DNA from: an uncultured Nitrospiraceae bacterium
GTDB lineage: Bacteria > Nitrospirota > Nitrospiria > Nitrospirales > Nitrospiraceae
Direction of reading: 5' to 3'
Length of the DNA stretch: 64,000 nt
Assembly (NCBI GenBank): GCA_963706325.1
Contig: CAVPLT010000004.1
Location: 736,001-800,000 of the forward strand
Below the pieces are notes generated by a model, which made no database searches, was not told the DNA's origin, and was given only the letters and a program-made list of their open reading frames with translations. This document shows, in pieces, positions 40,886-51,406 of the stretch; position 1 is the stretch's first letter; every line of letters starts with the position of its first letter. The translations under genes and the position numbers were made by a program.

Positions 40886-42145
40886 ATGCAGAGAGATAAG
40901 CGGGTACATGAGCCTCGAGTTCTTGCCTTGATTCTGGCGGGAGGGAAGGGCGAACGCCTTATGCCATTGACGCAGGCGCGCAGCAAGCCCTCAGTTCCTT
41001 TCGGAGGCACGTACCGGATCATCGATTTCGTGCTGAGTAACTTTTATAACTCCGGCATTTTGGGTATGCACGTCATGGTGCAGTACCGGGCGCAATCCCT
41101 CATTGAGCATTTGAGGAAGGCGTGGCGAATCGGTGATGGGGATAGGCAGTTTGTGACAGTCGTCCCTCCACAAATGAATTCCGGGGCCGGGTGGTATGAA
41201 GGAACGGCCGATGCGGTGTTCCAGAATATGAATCTAATTCGTGATTTCACTCCGGATATCGTTGCAGTCTTCGGCGCAGACCATATTTATCGGATGGACA
41301 TTCGCCAGATGTTGCGCTTCCATATGGAATGCGAAGCCGATGTGTCGGTGGCGACGCTCCCGGTTCCGACTGCGTCTGCTGGAGGCTTTGGGATCGTCGA
41401 GGTTGACCGAAACCAGCGAATAGTTGGATTTGAAGAGAAACCACCTGTCCCTAAATCCATTCCGGGAGATCCGACTCGCGCCCTTTCTTCTATGGGGAAT
41501 TACCTGTTCAGTACCGGCTTGTTGATCCAGGCTTTGGAGGAAGATGCCAAGAGCGGAAGCTCGCATGATTTTGGTCGAGACATCTTGCCACGGCTGTTGG
41601 GGACTCATCGCGTGATGGCATACAATTTCCAGGAAAATGAGGTGCCTGGGGTTGCGCATTATGAAGAGCCGGCGTATTGGCGAGATGTCGGCAGCATCCA
41701 GGCCTACTGGCAGGCCAACATGGACCTATTGGGTGACTCACCTGCCTGTAACCTTCGGAACCGCGACTGGCCCATCCGCACAGAACCATCGAGCGGTCCG
41801 CCAGCCAGTTTCGTCAACTGCTATCTTGATCACACTTTGATCGGTGAAGGGAGTCTTTTGATAGAGGCCGATGTCCGGCGTAGTATAATCGGACGCCACG
41901 TGAGGATTGAAGCGGGGGCCCAGATTGAGGATTCCATCATCTTCGATCATACGCATATCGGGTCCGGCGCGAGGCTGCATCGTGTCATCGTCGATCGTCA
42001 GAATGAGATTCGAGCCGGTGTCGAGGTTGGAAGCGGTGACGCAGCATCGAGTTCTGGAATCGCATGGACGACTTCAGGTCTGACGGTCCTGCCCAAACCG
42101 TCCCCACCGCCTCAAGCGCATAAAGATCGGCTGTCGCCCCACTAA
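40886..42145 (+). CDS. glgC: Glucose-1-phosphate adenylyltransferase
   Basis: LAGGKGERLMPLT..KPSVPFGG, GTADAVFQN, DHIYRMD, FEEKP and SMGNY. Confidence 0.95.
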   Translation: MQRDKRVHEPRVLALILAGGKGERLMPLTQARSKPSVPFGGTYRIIDFVLSNFYNSGILGMHVMVQYRAQSLIEHLRKAWRIGDGDRQFVTVVPPQMNSGAGWYEGTADAVFQNMNLIRDFTPDIVAVFGADHIYRMDIRQMLRFHMECEADVSVATLPVPTASAGGFGIVEVDRNQRIVGFEEKPPVPKSIPGDPTRALSSMGNYLFSTGLLIQALEEDAKSGSSHDFGRDILPRLLGTHRVMAYNFQENEVPGVAHYEEPAYWRDVGSIQAYWQANMDLLGDSPACNLRNRDWPIRTEPSSGPPASFVNCYLDHTLIGEGSLLIEADVRRSIIGRHVRIEAGAQIEDSIIFDHTHIGSGARLHRVIVDRQNEIRAGVEVGSGDAASSSGIAWTTSGLTVLPKPSPPPQAHKDRLSPH

Positions 42146-42174
42146 CCGACCTACATTTTTATTCGTGAGATAAC

Positions 42175-45066
42175 ATGCCACGTATCCCAGTCGCCACCTA
42201 TCGCCTCCAGATGAACCATACGTTCACATTTCGCGACGCCACCCGTGTCGTGCCCTACCTGCATGCATTGGGGATCACGGATTGCTACACCTCGTCTCTC
42301 TTGAAAGCCGTTCCGGGGAGCATGCACGGGTATGACCTTGTGGACCCTGGCGTCTTGAATCCAGAATTAGGAACGGAGCAAGACTTTCAGGATTTTACTG
42401 CGGCGCTTAAGCAGCATGACATGGGACTCTTGATCGATGTCGTGCCGAATCATATGGGGATCAGCACCACGGACAATCGCTGGTGGTGGGATGTGTTGGA
42501 GCACGGGCCCAGCTCGAGGTATGCGACGGCGTTCGATATCGACTGGTCTCCACTGAAGCGGGAATTGGAAGATAAGGTACTCCTCCCGATTCTTGGAGAG
42601 CAATATGGGACGGTGCTGGAAGACCAAGAAATCCGCTTAGTGTATGACAACGGCGGCTTTGTCATTACCTATTACGATCACACGTTTCCTATCGCACCCA
42701 AGTCTTGGACGGCCATCTTATCGTTCCGTTTGGACGAACTTATCGACCGCCTTGGAAAGTCGAACGAGCAAGTACTTGAATTGCAGAGCATCCTCACGGC
42801 ACTACGTAATTTGCCTTCTCGGAATGAGCGCGGCGCGGATCAGGTCGCCGAACGGTATCGCGAAAAGGACATAGTGTGCCGTCGGCTTTCGACCTTGGTC
42901 CTAGGCTGTCCACCCCTTCAGGAACATCTGTTGGCCAACGTCACGACGTATAACGGCACAAAGGGCGACTCCGCGAGTTTTGATCGCCTCGACGCACTGC
43001 TCAACGAACAAAATTACCGACTGGCTTCCTGGAGGGTCGCCTCTGAGGAAATCAATTATCGACGGTTCTTCGATATCAACCAATTGGCTGCCATCCGGAC
43101 CGAGGAGACGAGCGTTTTTCTAGAGTCGCATCAGTTGATATTTCGATTGCTTAAGGACGGTGTGGCAACCGGGTTGCGCATCGATCACGTCGATGGGCTG
43201 TACGACCCCGAACACTACTTGATCCAGCTGCAACAATGGGCGGCTCGTGAGTTGCCTCCCGAGCCAGAAGGGGAGCCGGCCTCACTTTTTATAGTGGTCG
43301 AAAAAATTCTCGGCAAGGGGGAACAGCTTCCAAAGACCTGGCCGGTCGCCGGGACTACCGGCTATGATTTTCTCAATCTAGCTAACGGCTTGTTCGTGAA
43401 TTCGGCTCAGGAACGGGCCATGGATGCGCTGTATACCCGTTTCATCGGGCAGCGGATTGTGTTTGAAGATCTTGTCTATCTCACGAAGAAACTGATCATG
43501 CGCGCCTCGATGTCCAGCGAGATCAATGTACTGGGCCATCAATTGAATCTGCTCTCGGAACGCGATAGACACTATCGGGACTTCACCCTGAATAGCCTCA
43601 CCCACGCGATAGGAGAAATCATTGCTTCCTTTCCAGTGTACCGATCCTACGTCACGTCGGACCAGAAAGAGGTGCTGGAGGGCGATCGGACGTATATTGC
43701 GATTGCGGTGGCGCGCGCCAAGAGGCGCAACCCGGCGCTGAGCAGTCACGTATTCGACTTTGTCCGAGATTTGCTGTTGCGAAAGTTGGACGATCGGACG
43801 AATCTGACCAAAGAAAAACAGATTCGATTCGTGACTAAGTTCCAACAGACCACGAGTCCTGTCACGGCGAAAGGCATCGAGGACACGGCATTTTATCTGT
43901 ACAATCGGCTCACGTCGTTGAACGAAGTCGGTGGTGAGCCCGCACAATTTGGTCTCTCCGTCGAGGCCTTCCACAAACGGATGCGCGAACGCCGCGCAAG
44001 CTGGCCCCATTGTATGCTGGCGACCTCTACGCATGACACCAAGCGTGGGGAAGATGTGCGGGCAAGAATCAACGTGTTGTCGGAGATGCCGGATCGCTGG
44101 AGAAGCGCGATTACTCGGTGGGCGAAGTTCAACAAGCGATTCCGAATTGAAGTCGACGAGATTCACGCGCCGGATCGAAACGAGGAGTACCTCCTGTATC
44201 AAACCCTCGTTGGAGTATGGCCGGTCACCACTATGGACGACGCCCAATACGATGTCTTCATCGGGCGTATCCAAGCCTACATGATCAAGGCGATTCGGGA
44301 AGCCAAGACACATACCAGTTGGGTCAACCCACATGAGGCTTACGAGGAGGCGGTGAGCGGCTTCGTTCGTTCGATCCTCGATCGCTCGACGCGTAATCTG
44401 TTTCTCGAAGACCTGCTTTCTTTTGAGGAATCCCTCTCGGGTCACGGGATGAACAACGGGTTATCCCAGCTCCTCGTGAAACTGACGGCTCCCGGTATCC
44501 CGGACTGTTACCAGGGGACGGAATTGTGGGATCTCACGCTGGTTGACCCGGACAATCGGCGGCCGGTGGATTTCGCCCTTCGATCGGAGATGTTAGGGCA
44601 GCTCAACCAGGTCTGCGAGCAAGACCATGACGACCGCGTTGAGCTGGTGCGCGGCCTCATGAATACGTGGAAGGATAGCCGGATCAAGCTCTACCTCCTC
44701 CATACCGTGCTCCGTCATCGCCGAGGGAATGCACAGCTGTATTTGGAAGGAGATTATGTGCCCCTGGACTGCGAGGGGACATCCCGCTCGCATGTCTGTG
44801 CCTACGCGCGGCTGCACCATGATCTGGCGGTGGTTGTCGTCGTTCCACGTCTGGTGGTCGAGCTCTATGCTGCACCGGGCGCGCCGGACGAAGCGATGTG
44901 GCAGGACACCCGAATAACGGTTCCCTCGTGGAAACCTGGATCAGTCTATCGCAATCTGCTGACCGGGGAACGCCTTGAAACCGTTGCCCAGGGCGAAAGG
45001 CAGGTGCTGCCGCTGGCTCAAATTCTCCAGCACTGCCCTGTGGCGTTGCTCGAACGCTGCTCATAA
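42175..45066 (+). CDS. treY: Malto-oligosyltrehalose synthase
   Basis: ATYRLQ, DVVPNHM, INYRRFFDIN, LRIDHVDGL, VEKIL and STHDTKRGED. Confidence 0.95.
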   Translation: MPRIPVATYRLQMNHTFTFRDATRVVPYLHALGITDCYTSSLLKAVPGSMHGYDLVDPGVLNPELGTEQDFQDFTAALKQHDMGLLIDVVPNHMGISTTDNRWWWDVLEHGPSSRYATAFDIDWSPLKRELEDKVLLPILGEQYGTVLEDQEIRLVYDNGGFVITYYDHTFPIAPKSWTAILSFRLDELIDRLGKSNEQVLELQSILTALRNLPSRNERGADQVAERYREKDIVCRRLSTLVLGCPPLQEHLLANVTTYNGTKGDSASFDRLDALLNEQNYRLASWRVASEEINYRRFFDINQLAAIRTEETSVFLESHQLIFRLLKDGVATGLRIDHVDGLYDPEHYLIQLQQWAARELPPEPEGEPASLFIVVEKILGKGEQLPKTWPVAGTTGYDFLNLANGLFVNSAQERAMDALYTRFIGQRIVFEDLVYLTKKLIMRASMSSEINVLGHQLNLLSERDRHYRDFTLNSLTHAIGEIIASFPVYRSYVTSDQKEVLEGDRTYIAIAVARAKRRNPALSSHVFDFVRDLLLRKLDDRTNLTKEKQIRFVTKFQQTTSPVTAKGIEDTAFYLYNRLTSLNEVGGEPAQFGLSVEAFHKRMRERRASWPHCMLATSTHDTKRGEDVRARINVLSEMPDRWRSAITRWAKFNKRFRIEVDEIHAPDRNEEYLLYQTLVGVWPVTTMDDAQYDVFIGRIQAYMIKAIREAKTHTSWVNPHEAYEEAVSGFVRSILDRSTRNLFLEDLLSFEESLSGHGMNNGLSQLLVKLTAPGIPDCYQGTELWDLTLVDPDNRRPVDFALRSEMLGQLNQVCEQDHDDRVELVRGLMNTWKDSRIKLYLLHTVLRHRRGNAQLYLEGDYVPLDCEGTSRSHVCAYARLHHDLAVVVVVPRLVVELYAAPGAPDEAMWQDTRITVPSWKPGSVYRNLLTGERLETVAQGERQVLPLAQILQHCPVALLERCS

Positions 45067-45259
45067 TTATTACCGGTCATGTTTACGGAGGGTCTCTCGC
45101 CGGCTTCCTCCGCTCCAGCATCCGCCATAATCCGACCGACTTAGAGATCCCTATCACGTCCCCAATCAAGTGGAAGCTGTACCGCGCAAGAGGTCGATCG
45201 GACACCTGGCTCTTCTCCTATTTTGCACTACAGCAACGTATATTCTCCCGTTCGACTAT

Positions 45260-45293
45260 CCAGGAATCACGCTAGTTCTAGGGTACTCCCTAG
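45260..45293. promoter_or_regulatory. Tandem CTAGG-N6-CCTAG-type palindromes
   Basis: CCAGGAATCACGCTAG (45260-45275) and perfect CTAGGGTACTCCCTAG (45278-45293). Confidence 0.7.
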
Positions 45294-45521
45294 CTGTTGG
45301 TTAGATGCCACGGCGTTAAGGATAGGTATACCTAGTTGAGTCAGTGCGAGTCGGTAACGGTGGTTTAAAGAGAACGTATGCAGGGAGACAGGGAGGATCA
45401 GAAGTAAGCGGTGAAGGGTTCAGGCTGCCTTCGGAAACCGATTGCGAAGTCAAAAAAAGTCGAAGGCCGCATGATAGTGGGCATTGGGGCAACGTATCTA
45501 CAACCATAGGGAGGGAAAAGG

Positions 45522-45881
45522 ATGGCGACAAAAGTTGGGCGTCAGCTATTACCCGCATCCACCATCGAGGGCACGGCGGTACAAAATGCTGCCGGGGAAG
45601 ACCTTGGTGAGATTAACGAGCTGATGATCGATATGGAAAAAGGCCGCATAGCTTACGCGGTGCTTTCTTTCGGTGGGTTCCTGGGCATGGGTGACAAATT
45701 ATTCGCGATTCCTTGGGAGGCTCTGAATATTAGTCCTGGAGGTGACGTCTTCATTCTCAATGTGCCGCGTGAAAAGTTGGATAATGCGCCAGGATTCGAC
45801 AAGGATAGTTGGCCTGACTGGGCCGATTCATCCTGGGGAGAGACGGTCCATACCTACTATGGATATAAGCCGTATTGGTGA
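45522..45881 (+). CDS. PRC-barrel domain protein
   Basis: GEDLGEI..GRIAYAVLSFGGFLGMGDKLFAIPW. Confidence 0.9.
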   Translation: MATKVGRQLLPASTIEGTAVQNAAGEDLGEINELMIDMEKGRIAYAVLSFGGFLGMGDKLFAIPWEALNISPGGDVFILNVPREKLDNAPGFDKDSWPDWADSSWGETVHTYYGYKPYW

Positions 45882-45951
45882 TGGAGTGAGTCAGATGTCC
45901 GTCGTCGCGACAGTGTCAGCTTTTAATACTCTTTACAAAGGAGCGTAATCT

Positions 45952-46665
45952 ATGACACGTCAAATTGGAATTTATGCGGGAACGATTGCTATGGCGCTTA
46001 CGATTGCGACGCCAGGTTTTAGCCAGGTTTCGACAGGGTCGGGGGCTCCGCCTCCGGACTCCACGATGGGCAAAGGCGCTGGAACGGGCGCTCCAACAGA
46101 GCCGCACAAAACGGACAAAAAGTCCGATTTGACAGGTGGGAAGCAGGGAATACCGGAAGAATACGCAGATACCCCCGTTCGCCAGGGCCAACTCGTAGAA
46201 GTCAAAGACAGCAAGTATCTCAATGCGACGGTCTATAGCACGAGTGGGCAGGAGATCGGCAAAATCCAACAGGTCATGAAAGATACCAAGACTGACGATA
46301 TCGAATACGTCATCTATGTCTCCAATGACTCCAAACGACCCCAGCCAATCAGGTGGAGTCTGTTTCAAACCAAGGGCGATAAATTACAGCTTACCTTGAA
46401 GAAGGAAGAGACCCAAAATGCTGTGCCTATGAGCAGCAGCCAGGATAGATCTCCAGACATCCAGGAATACAAGGACAAGATGGGTCAGGTGCAGGCTGCG
46501 CCGACCGCGCCTGGCAATCCGGGTATCCCGGGCCAAAAAGGTCGTGATGCCACCGGTTCAATGGGAGAAGAGGCGGTGGGTGGAGGAGGACCCAGCGGTA
46601 CGAGTGGGCTGCCTCCGGGAAAAGCGCCGGGCTTTGAGGGTGGCAACCCAAGCAGCCAGCGCTAA
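45952..46665 (+). CDS. Exported PRC-barrel protein with disordered Gly/Pro-rich tails
   Basis: Signal peptide; VYSTSGQEIGKI..IEYV..IRW core. Confidence 0.8.
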   Translation: MTRQIGIYAGTIAMALTIATPGFSQVSTGSGAPPPDSTMGKGAGTGAPTEPHKTDKKSDLTGGKQGIPEEYADTPVRQGQLVEVKDSKYLNATVYSTSGQEIGKIQQVMKDTKTDDIEYVIYVSNDSKRPQPIRWSLFQTKGDKLQLTLKKEETQNAVPMSSSQDRSPDIQEYKDKMGQVQAAPTAPGNPGIPGQKGRDATGSMGEEAVGGGGPSGTSGLPPGKAPGFEGGNPSSQR

Positions 46666-46686
46666 TCCTTCATAGTTGAACGGAAC

Positions 46687-46720
46687 AACGGGCAGGCGTT
46701 CGAGAGTGCGCCTGCCCGTT
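46687..46720. terminator. Hairpin between convergent genes (likely bidirectional terminator)
   Basis: AACGGGCAGGCG...CGCCTGCCCGTT, a 12-bp stem. Confidence 0.6.
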
Positions 46721-46740
46721 GATGTTTTGTCCGGCGAATG

Positions 46741-47844
46741 TCACTGCTGGACCGTAGCGGCAGTAGTTCTGTTTTGTTCTGGGCCAGTGGCCCGGTCCGA
46801 GTTTGAGCCAGTCTTGGCAGACGCTCCCGACACCTGCTCATAGACTCGCAGGTAGTCGCGAACCATGCGTTCCGTTGAAAAGCGCGAATCGAAGACCTGT
46901 CGGCAGCGCGTTCGCTGGAGCACAGAGATATGTCGTACGGATTGCACCATTTCCTCAAACGTCTCACATACAAATCCCGTTACGCCGTGATCGATAATTT
47001 CAGGCACGGATCCTCGCCGGTAAGCAATGACAGGGGTCCCGCAGGCCAGGGATTCGATAAAGACTAGGCCGAACGGTTCCGGCCAGTCGTAGGGACATAA
47101 CTGCGCGTAGGCATCTCCCAAAAAGTCGTCCTTTTCCAGGTCCGTGATCTCGCCGACATATTCAATCAAGGGATGGTCGAGGAGCGGTTCGATCACGGCG
47201 CGATAGTACTCGAAATTACTCGGATCAATTTTGGCTCCAATCCGCAGCGGCATGTCTACACGTTTGGCAATTTCAATAGCTTGATCAAGCCCTTTTTCCG
47301 GGGCCACTCTGCCGAGAAAGGCCAGGTACTTACCTTGGCCGGCATGGAAAGAATAGAGGTTCGTGGGCAGGCCATGATGAACCGTGGCTTGCCAATTCAA
47401 AAATGGGAGGGGTGCCCGTTGGGCCTCTGAAATCGATACGACCGGAAGATCTGCAAATGTTTTAAACACCGGAACGAGTTCCGGCAGATCCAGCCGCGCG
47501 TGAAGAGTCGTCAGGACGGGCGTGGGGCTTCGTCGGGCCAAAGGAAAAGGCAGGAACTCCAAATGTGAATGAATGATATCGAAATCTTTTGCCGAGCTGA
47601 ACACTCGCTCCAGCATAGCCGTCGGAGGCGCGTCATAGTTGGTGATGACTTTAGACAGGCGCAGCGCTTCAGGACACATGGGTACTAGTGTGGCTGTCGT
47701 CGTAGAATCGCCGCTGGCAAATAGGGTCACATCATGACCCTGGCGGACCAGCTCTTCAGTGATGAAGGACACCACTCGCTCTGTGCCTCCATACAAGGTC
47801 GGTGGAACACTTTCCCAAAGCGGCGCCACTTGCGCAATCTTCAT
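46741..47844 (-). CDS. Glycosyltransferase family 4
   Basis: MKIAQVAP..YGGTERVV and EPFGLVFIESLACGTP. Confidence 0.93.
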   Translation of the reverse strand: MKIAQVAPLWESVPPTLYGGTERVVSFITEELVRQGHDVTLFASGDSTTTATLVPMCPEALRLSKVITNYDAPPTAMLERVFSSAKDFDIIHSHLEFLPFPLARRSPTPVLTTLHARLDLPELVPVFKTFADLPVVSISEAQRAPLPFLNWQATVHHGLPTNLYSFHAGQGKYLAFLGRVAPEKGLDQAIEIAKRVDMPLRIGAKIDPSNFEYYRAVIEPLLDHPLIEYVGEITDLEKDDFLGDAYAQLCPYDWPEPFGLVFIESLACGTPVIAYRRGSVPEIIDHGVTGFVCETFEEMVQSVRHISVLQRTRCRQVFDSRFSTERMVRDYLRVYEQVSGASAKTGSNSDRATGPEQNRTTAATVQQ

Positions 47845-47922
47845 GTCTGCGACTCCCTTTGTGATGTGGTGAATAGAATGCCAGGTGAGCGCCATCTTAG
47901 CTGCGGTACTCGCGCGCCCGAA

Positions 47923-47938
47923 CTAGGTGGTTCCCTAG
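47923..47938. promoter_or_regulatory. Perfect CTAGG-N6-CCTAG palindrome upstream of GT4
   Basis: CTAGGTGGTTCCCTAG. Confidence 0.7.
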
Positions 47939-48390
47939 CACTTATCCACCCGACGTTACGGGGGATCACGCCCGATATATGCAACCCGATTCATGCGCTG
48001 TTGCTGCGGAGACTGCTGTGCAGATGGGCCAAACATCCAGTGTCATAGGCGGGGGGAGGAGTCAATGGAGGCACACGCGCCGAAATTCAAAAACACTCGA
48101 TGCGTTGGAGCCCAGACGACCCCTGCTTCATGGCGTTCAAGGTGAATTGGCATGCGTCCTGGAGGAAATCGAGACGCAAGATTAGCGCCCATGAGCTTCC
48201 GGTCTGCATCAAGCGGATTTGGGATCCTGCTCCTTGAAGATGGGGAGGCCACTTTCTCGAAGGGTTTGCTACGTCTATCGTAGGGAGCAACATCGCTGGA
48301 AGCCTTAGCGTGATCGAAATGCTTAGCTCTCGGTCAAGGAGATGAGGAAGGTGGGCAGGTTGCGTTTAGCCTTTTTGATCTCGCTCTCGG

Positions 48391-48714
48391 CTATTTCGAC
48401 GGAGCGGGCTGAGTACCTTGATTCGGCGCTGGCATGGCATTGCCCGAACGAGACCTCTTCTCTGGGTCAATAGACATTTTCGGATCCACGACCGGCGGGG
48501 GGACGACGGCCTTGGGATCGGGGATGGTTGCCGGCTGTTTCTGAATGCCAGGATCGATCCTGGATGGGGGAGCTGGAGGTGCCGGTTGTGGTGTTTGGGC
48601 AGGAGGCGGTTGATTGGGATGACTTGGCCCTGAGCCTGGGTCAGCCGCTGCTACCGAGACGCTAAACCCAGTGAGCAAGATGACGGCTGATAAAACAGGG
48701 ACTCGTACGAACAT
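48391..48714 (-). CDS. Exported Pro-rich hypothetical protein
   Basis: GGAGGTG RBS, signal peptide, two DPG/KI/M repeats. Confidence 0.7.
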   Translation of the reverse strand: MFVRVPVLSAVILLTGFSVSVAAADPGSGPSHPNQPPPAQTPQPAPPAPPSRIDPGIQKQPATIPDPKAVVPPPVVDPKMSIDPEKRSRSGNAMPAPNQGTQPAPSK

Positions 48715-48821
48715 CTTCACCTCCCGGAATGAAGTCGCTGGCAAACATATTGTACCGGGCTCCCTGTTTCTCTCGGCACTAGGCGTATCCCTGGACGGAT
48801 TGTCTTAGGTTGAACTTGGGA

Positions 48822-49151
48822 TTACTTCTTTTTGGCCACTCCGGCGCTATTCATCACACGCGTTACGACGCGCTCGACATTCCCAATTGCCTTCCCGAGC
48901 ACAGTGCCGACAGCTCGGCCGACTTGCTTGGCCGTGCGCGTGGCGTTAGTTGATACGACTGTCGCTTTCTTAGACTTCCGAACAACTTGTTTGACCACTT
49001 TGTTGGCTTTGGACTTCGCAGCGCTGATCGCGGACTTCGTGGTCCGTTTGACGACTTGCGCCGCGGGGCCTGCCTTCAGGCGGCGGACGGAAGCTTTGAG
49101 GGAAGCCGTCTTACGGACGCCGGTGGTTCTTTTTGCGGACGCTTTTTTCAA
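48822..49151 (-). CDS. Lys/Arg/Ala-rich basic protein (histone H1-like composition)
   Basis: AAAGGAG RBS before TTG at 49151; strongly basic, low complexity. Confidence 0.65.
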   Translation of the reverse strand: MKKASAKRTTGVRKTASLKASVRRLKAGPAAQVVKRTTKSAISAAKSKANKVVKQVVRKSKKATVVSTNATRTAKQVGRAVGTVLGKAIGNVERVVTRVMNSAGVAKKK

Positions 49152-49350
49152 GGTGTCTCCTTTATGAGGGTGGACGAAGTTCACACGACAATGGCGAAAG
49201 CATACAAGTTTGAAAAGCGACACACAAGAAGAGATTCATCCATGACACGCTCCACGGAATGAAAAGGGTTGTATAGGAGAAAGTTGCCTTGTAGAGTTTA
49301 AAGTGATGTTGCGCAGGATGCGCATCCAGCATACTTATGGTGATAGGCCC

Positions 49351-50654
49351 ATGACCGTCCCATCCAGAATTGAAGACTACGCGCTCATTGGAGATACCCA
49401 CACGGCGGCCCTGCTCTCTCGAGAGGGCTCGCTGGATTGGTTGTGTGTGCCGCGGTTTGATTCGCCGGCCTGCTTCGCCGCCCTCCTGGGGACGACTGAA
49501 CAGGGCCGATGGTTGCTGACGGCGAGCGGCGAGACTACGAGGATCCGGCGGCGCTACCGCGGCGATACGTTGGTACTCGAGACGGAGTATGTGACAGAGA
49601 GCGGCACCGCTAGGGTCCTCGACTTTATGCCGCCTCGCGATCGCGACATCAATGTGGTGCGCATCGTCCAGGGGGTGAAGGGAACGGTGCGGATGCGGAT
49701 GGAAATGACCATCCGCTTCGATTATGGATCGATTGTGCCTTGGGTCAGCCACGAGCGAAGACTGCTCAAGGCCGTCGCCGGACCCGATGATCTCTATTTG
49801 CGAACAGAGGTTGAATTGCGTGGTAAGGGGTTTTCGACGGTGGCTGATTTCACGGTCTCGGAGGGACAGGACATCCCCTTTGTCCTGACCTGGCGTGTTT
49901 CCTCCGACGGCCTTCCGCGCCACATGATCCCCGAACGGGCGCTCTCAGAGACCGAACAGTGGTGGAAGAAATGGTCGTCGGGTTGCACGCATCAAGGCCC
50001 CTGGCGGGAGGCCGTCATCCGTTCACTGATTACATTGAAGGCTCTGACCTACGCTCCGACCGGTGGCATTGTGGCTGCTCCAACGAGGATCGAGCCGTCA
50101 AAGCGATCGAGCGCTGTGGAGTCGACGGGCCGCTCGAACGATGGCGGGCCCTACGCGCGACGATTCACGACCAGGTATGTCGTGATGGGTACGATTCGAA
50201 CCGCGGAACATTCGTGCAATACTATGGCTCAAGCGCTTTGGACGGCAGCTTGCTGATGATTCCACTGGTGGGCTTTCTGCCTCCGTCTGACCCGCGTGTC
50301 CGCGGGACCCTTCGAGCCATCGAACAGGATCTGCAAGTGGAAGGTCTCGTCATGCGTTATCGGCCGGCGGGAGAATTAGATGGATTGCCCGATGGCGAGG
50401 GCGTATTTCTGCCTTGTTCATTCTGGCTGGTTGACAATTTGGTGCTTGCCGGACGGAGAGAGGAAGCTCGTGAACTCTATAGTCGGTTAGTGGGACTGAG
50501 CAACGATGTCGGCCTGCTCTCGGAAGAATACGATTTAAAACATAAACGGCTGGTGGGAAATTTTCCTCAGGCTTTTTCGCATGTGTCATTGATCGATTCG
50601 GCCTATGGTTTTTCGCGGCTGGAGAGTCCGTCCGAACACCGTCAGCGGAGCTAA
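49351..50654 (+). pseudogene. GH15 glucoamylase/trehalase-like hydrolase with internal deletion and frameshift at ~50086
   Basis: RIEDYALIGD..TGGIVAAPT jumps directly to DRAVKAIE..GLLSEE..GNFPQAFSH. The TSLPE/NWDYR core is absent. Confidence 0.85.
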
Positions 50655-50689
50655 GTCTTCGTATAGGCTCTGGAATTAAGAGGACCCCT

Positions 50690-51385
50690 ATGGAGCGCAA
50701 CACGTCATTTCTGTTCGGCGCAGTCCTGGCCGCATCCCTTGCGGACGATTCTGACAGAGTGTTTGCCGGGGTAACCGAAGGTGCTTCACGCTCGGAGGCC
50801 GCGACGGAATATGGCCAGAGTAAGTCGCCCGTGGCCGAAGGGGTCATCGAACAGTATATTCTTGACCCGCGGGGAGAGGTCGAGGGATTACTGCTGGCAG
50901 ACGGCTCTTATATGTATGTGACATCGCGCGCGGAGGAAGAATTACTGAGCGTCCTGACACCCGGAGATCGTGTGCGCGTATATGGTCGACGCACGCAGGA
51001 TCAAGGATTAATCCAAGCCGATGTGATCAAGAACCTGACCAAAGGAACGTCCTTTGTCGTGCCGTTGCGTCTGGATCTTCCCATGCGGGATCAGGAGCGG
51101 CGACTGTCGGTGACTGAGATGTATGCAAAGGGAACGATACGTGTCCTGCTGTACCATGCATTGAGGGGAATCGTGCAGGGGATGGTGTTGTCTGATGGGA
51201 CGCAAATCCGCTTGCCGCCTGACACTTCTGTAGAACTCCGCCGGTCCTTGCATGTGGGAGACTCGGTGATGATCAGGGGAAATGGGACCGCCAACAAATT
51301 CGGCCGCGCGATCGAGGCGGGCGCCATCGGCAGGGGCATGGGACCTCTCGTCCCATTGGATGTTTCTGTGCGTAGCTTGCCCTGA
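50690..51385 (+). CDS. Hypothetical protein with two OB-fold-like repeats
   Basis: Repeated G.V.GxxLxDG..x..PGD/VGD.V.VxG unit. Confidence 0.7.
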   Translation: MERNTSFLFGAVLAASLADDSDRVFAGVTEGASRSEAATEYGQSKSPVAEGVIEQYILDPRGEVEGLLLADGSYMYVTSRAEEELLSVLTPGDRVRVYGRRTQDQGLIQADVIKNLTKGTSFVVPLRLDLPMRDQERRLSVTEMYAKGTIRVLLYHALRGIVQGMVLSDGTQIRLPPDTSVELRRSLHVGDSVMIRGNGTANKFGRAIEAGAIGRGMGPLVPLDVSVRSLP

Positions 51386-51406
51386 ATGGCGATATGGCGC
51401 GTCTTC

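Noticed and set aside
47979..48293. Several short overlapping ORFs between GT4 and the Pro-rich gene
   Set aside because: None has convincing motifs or composition.
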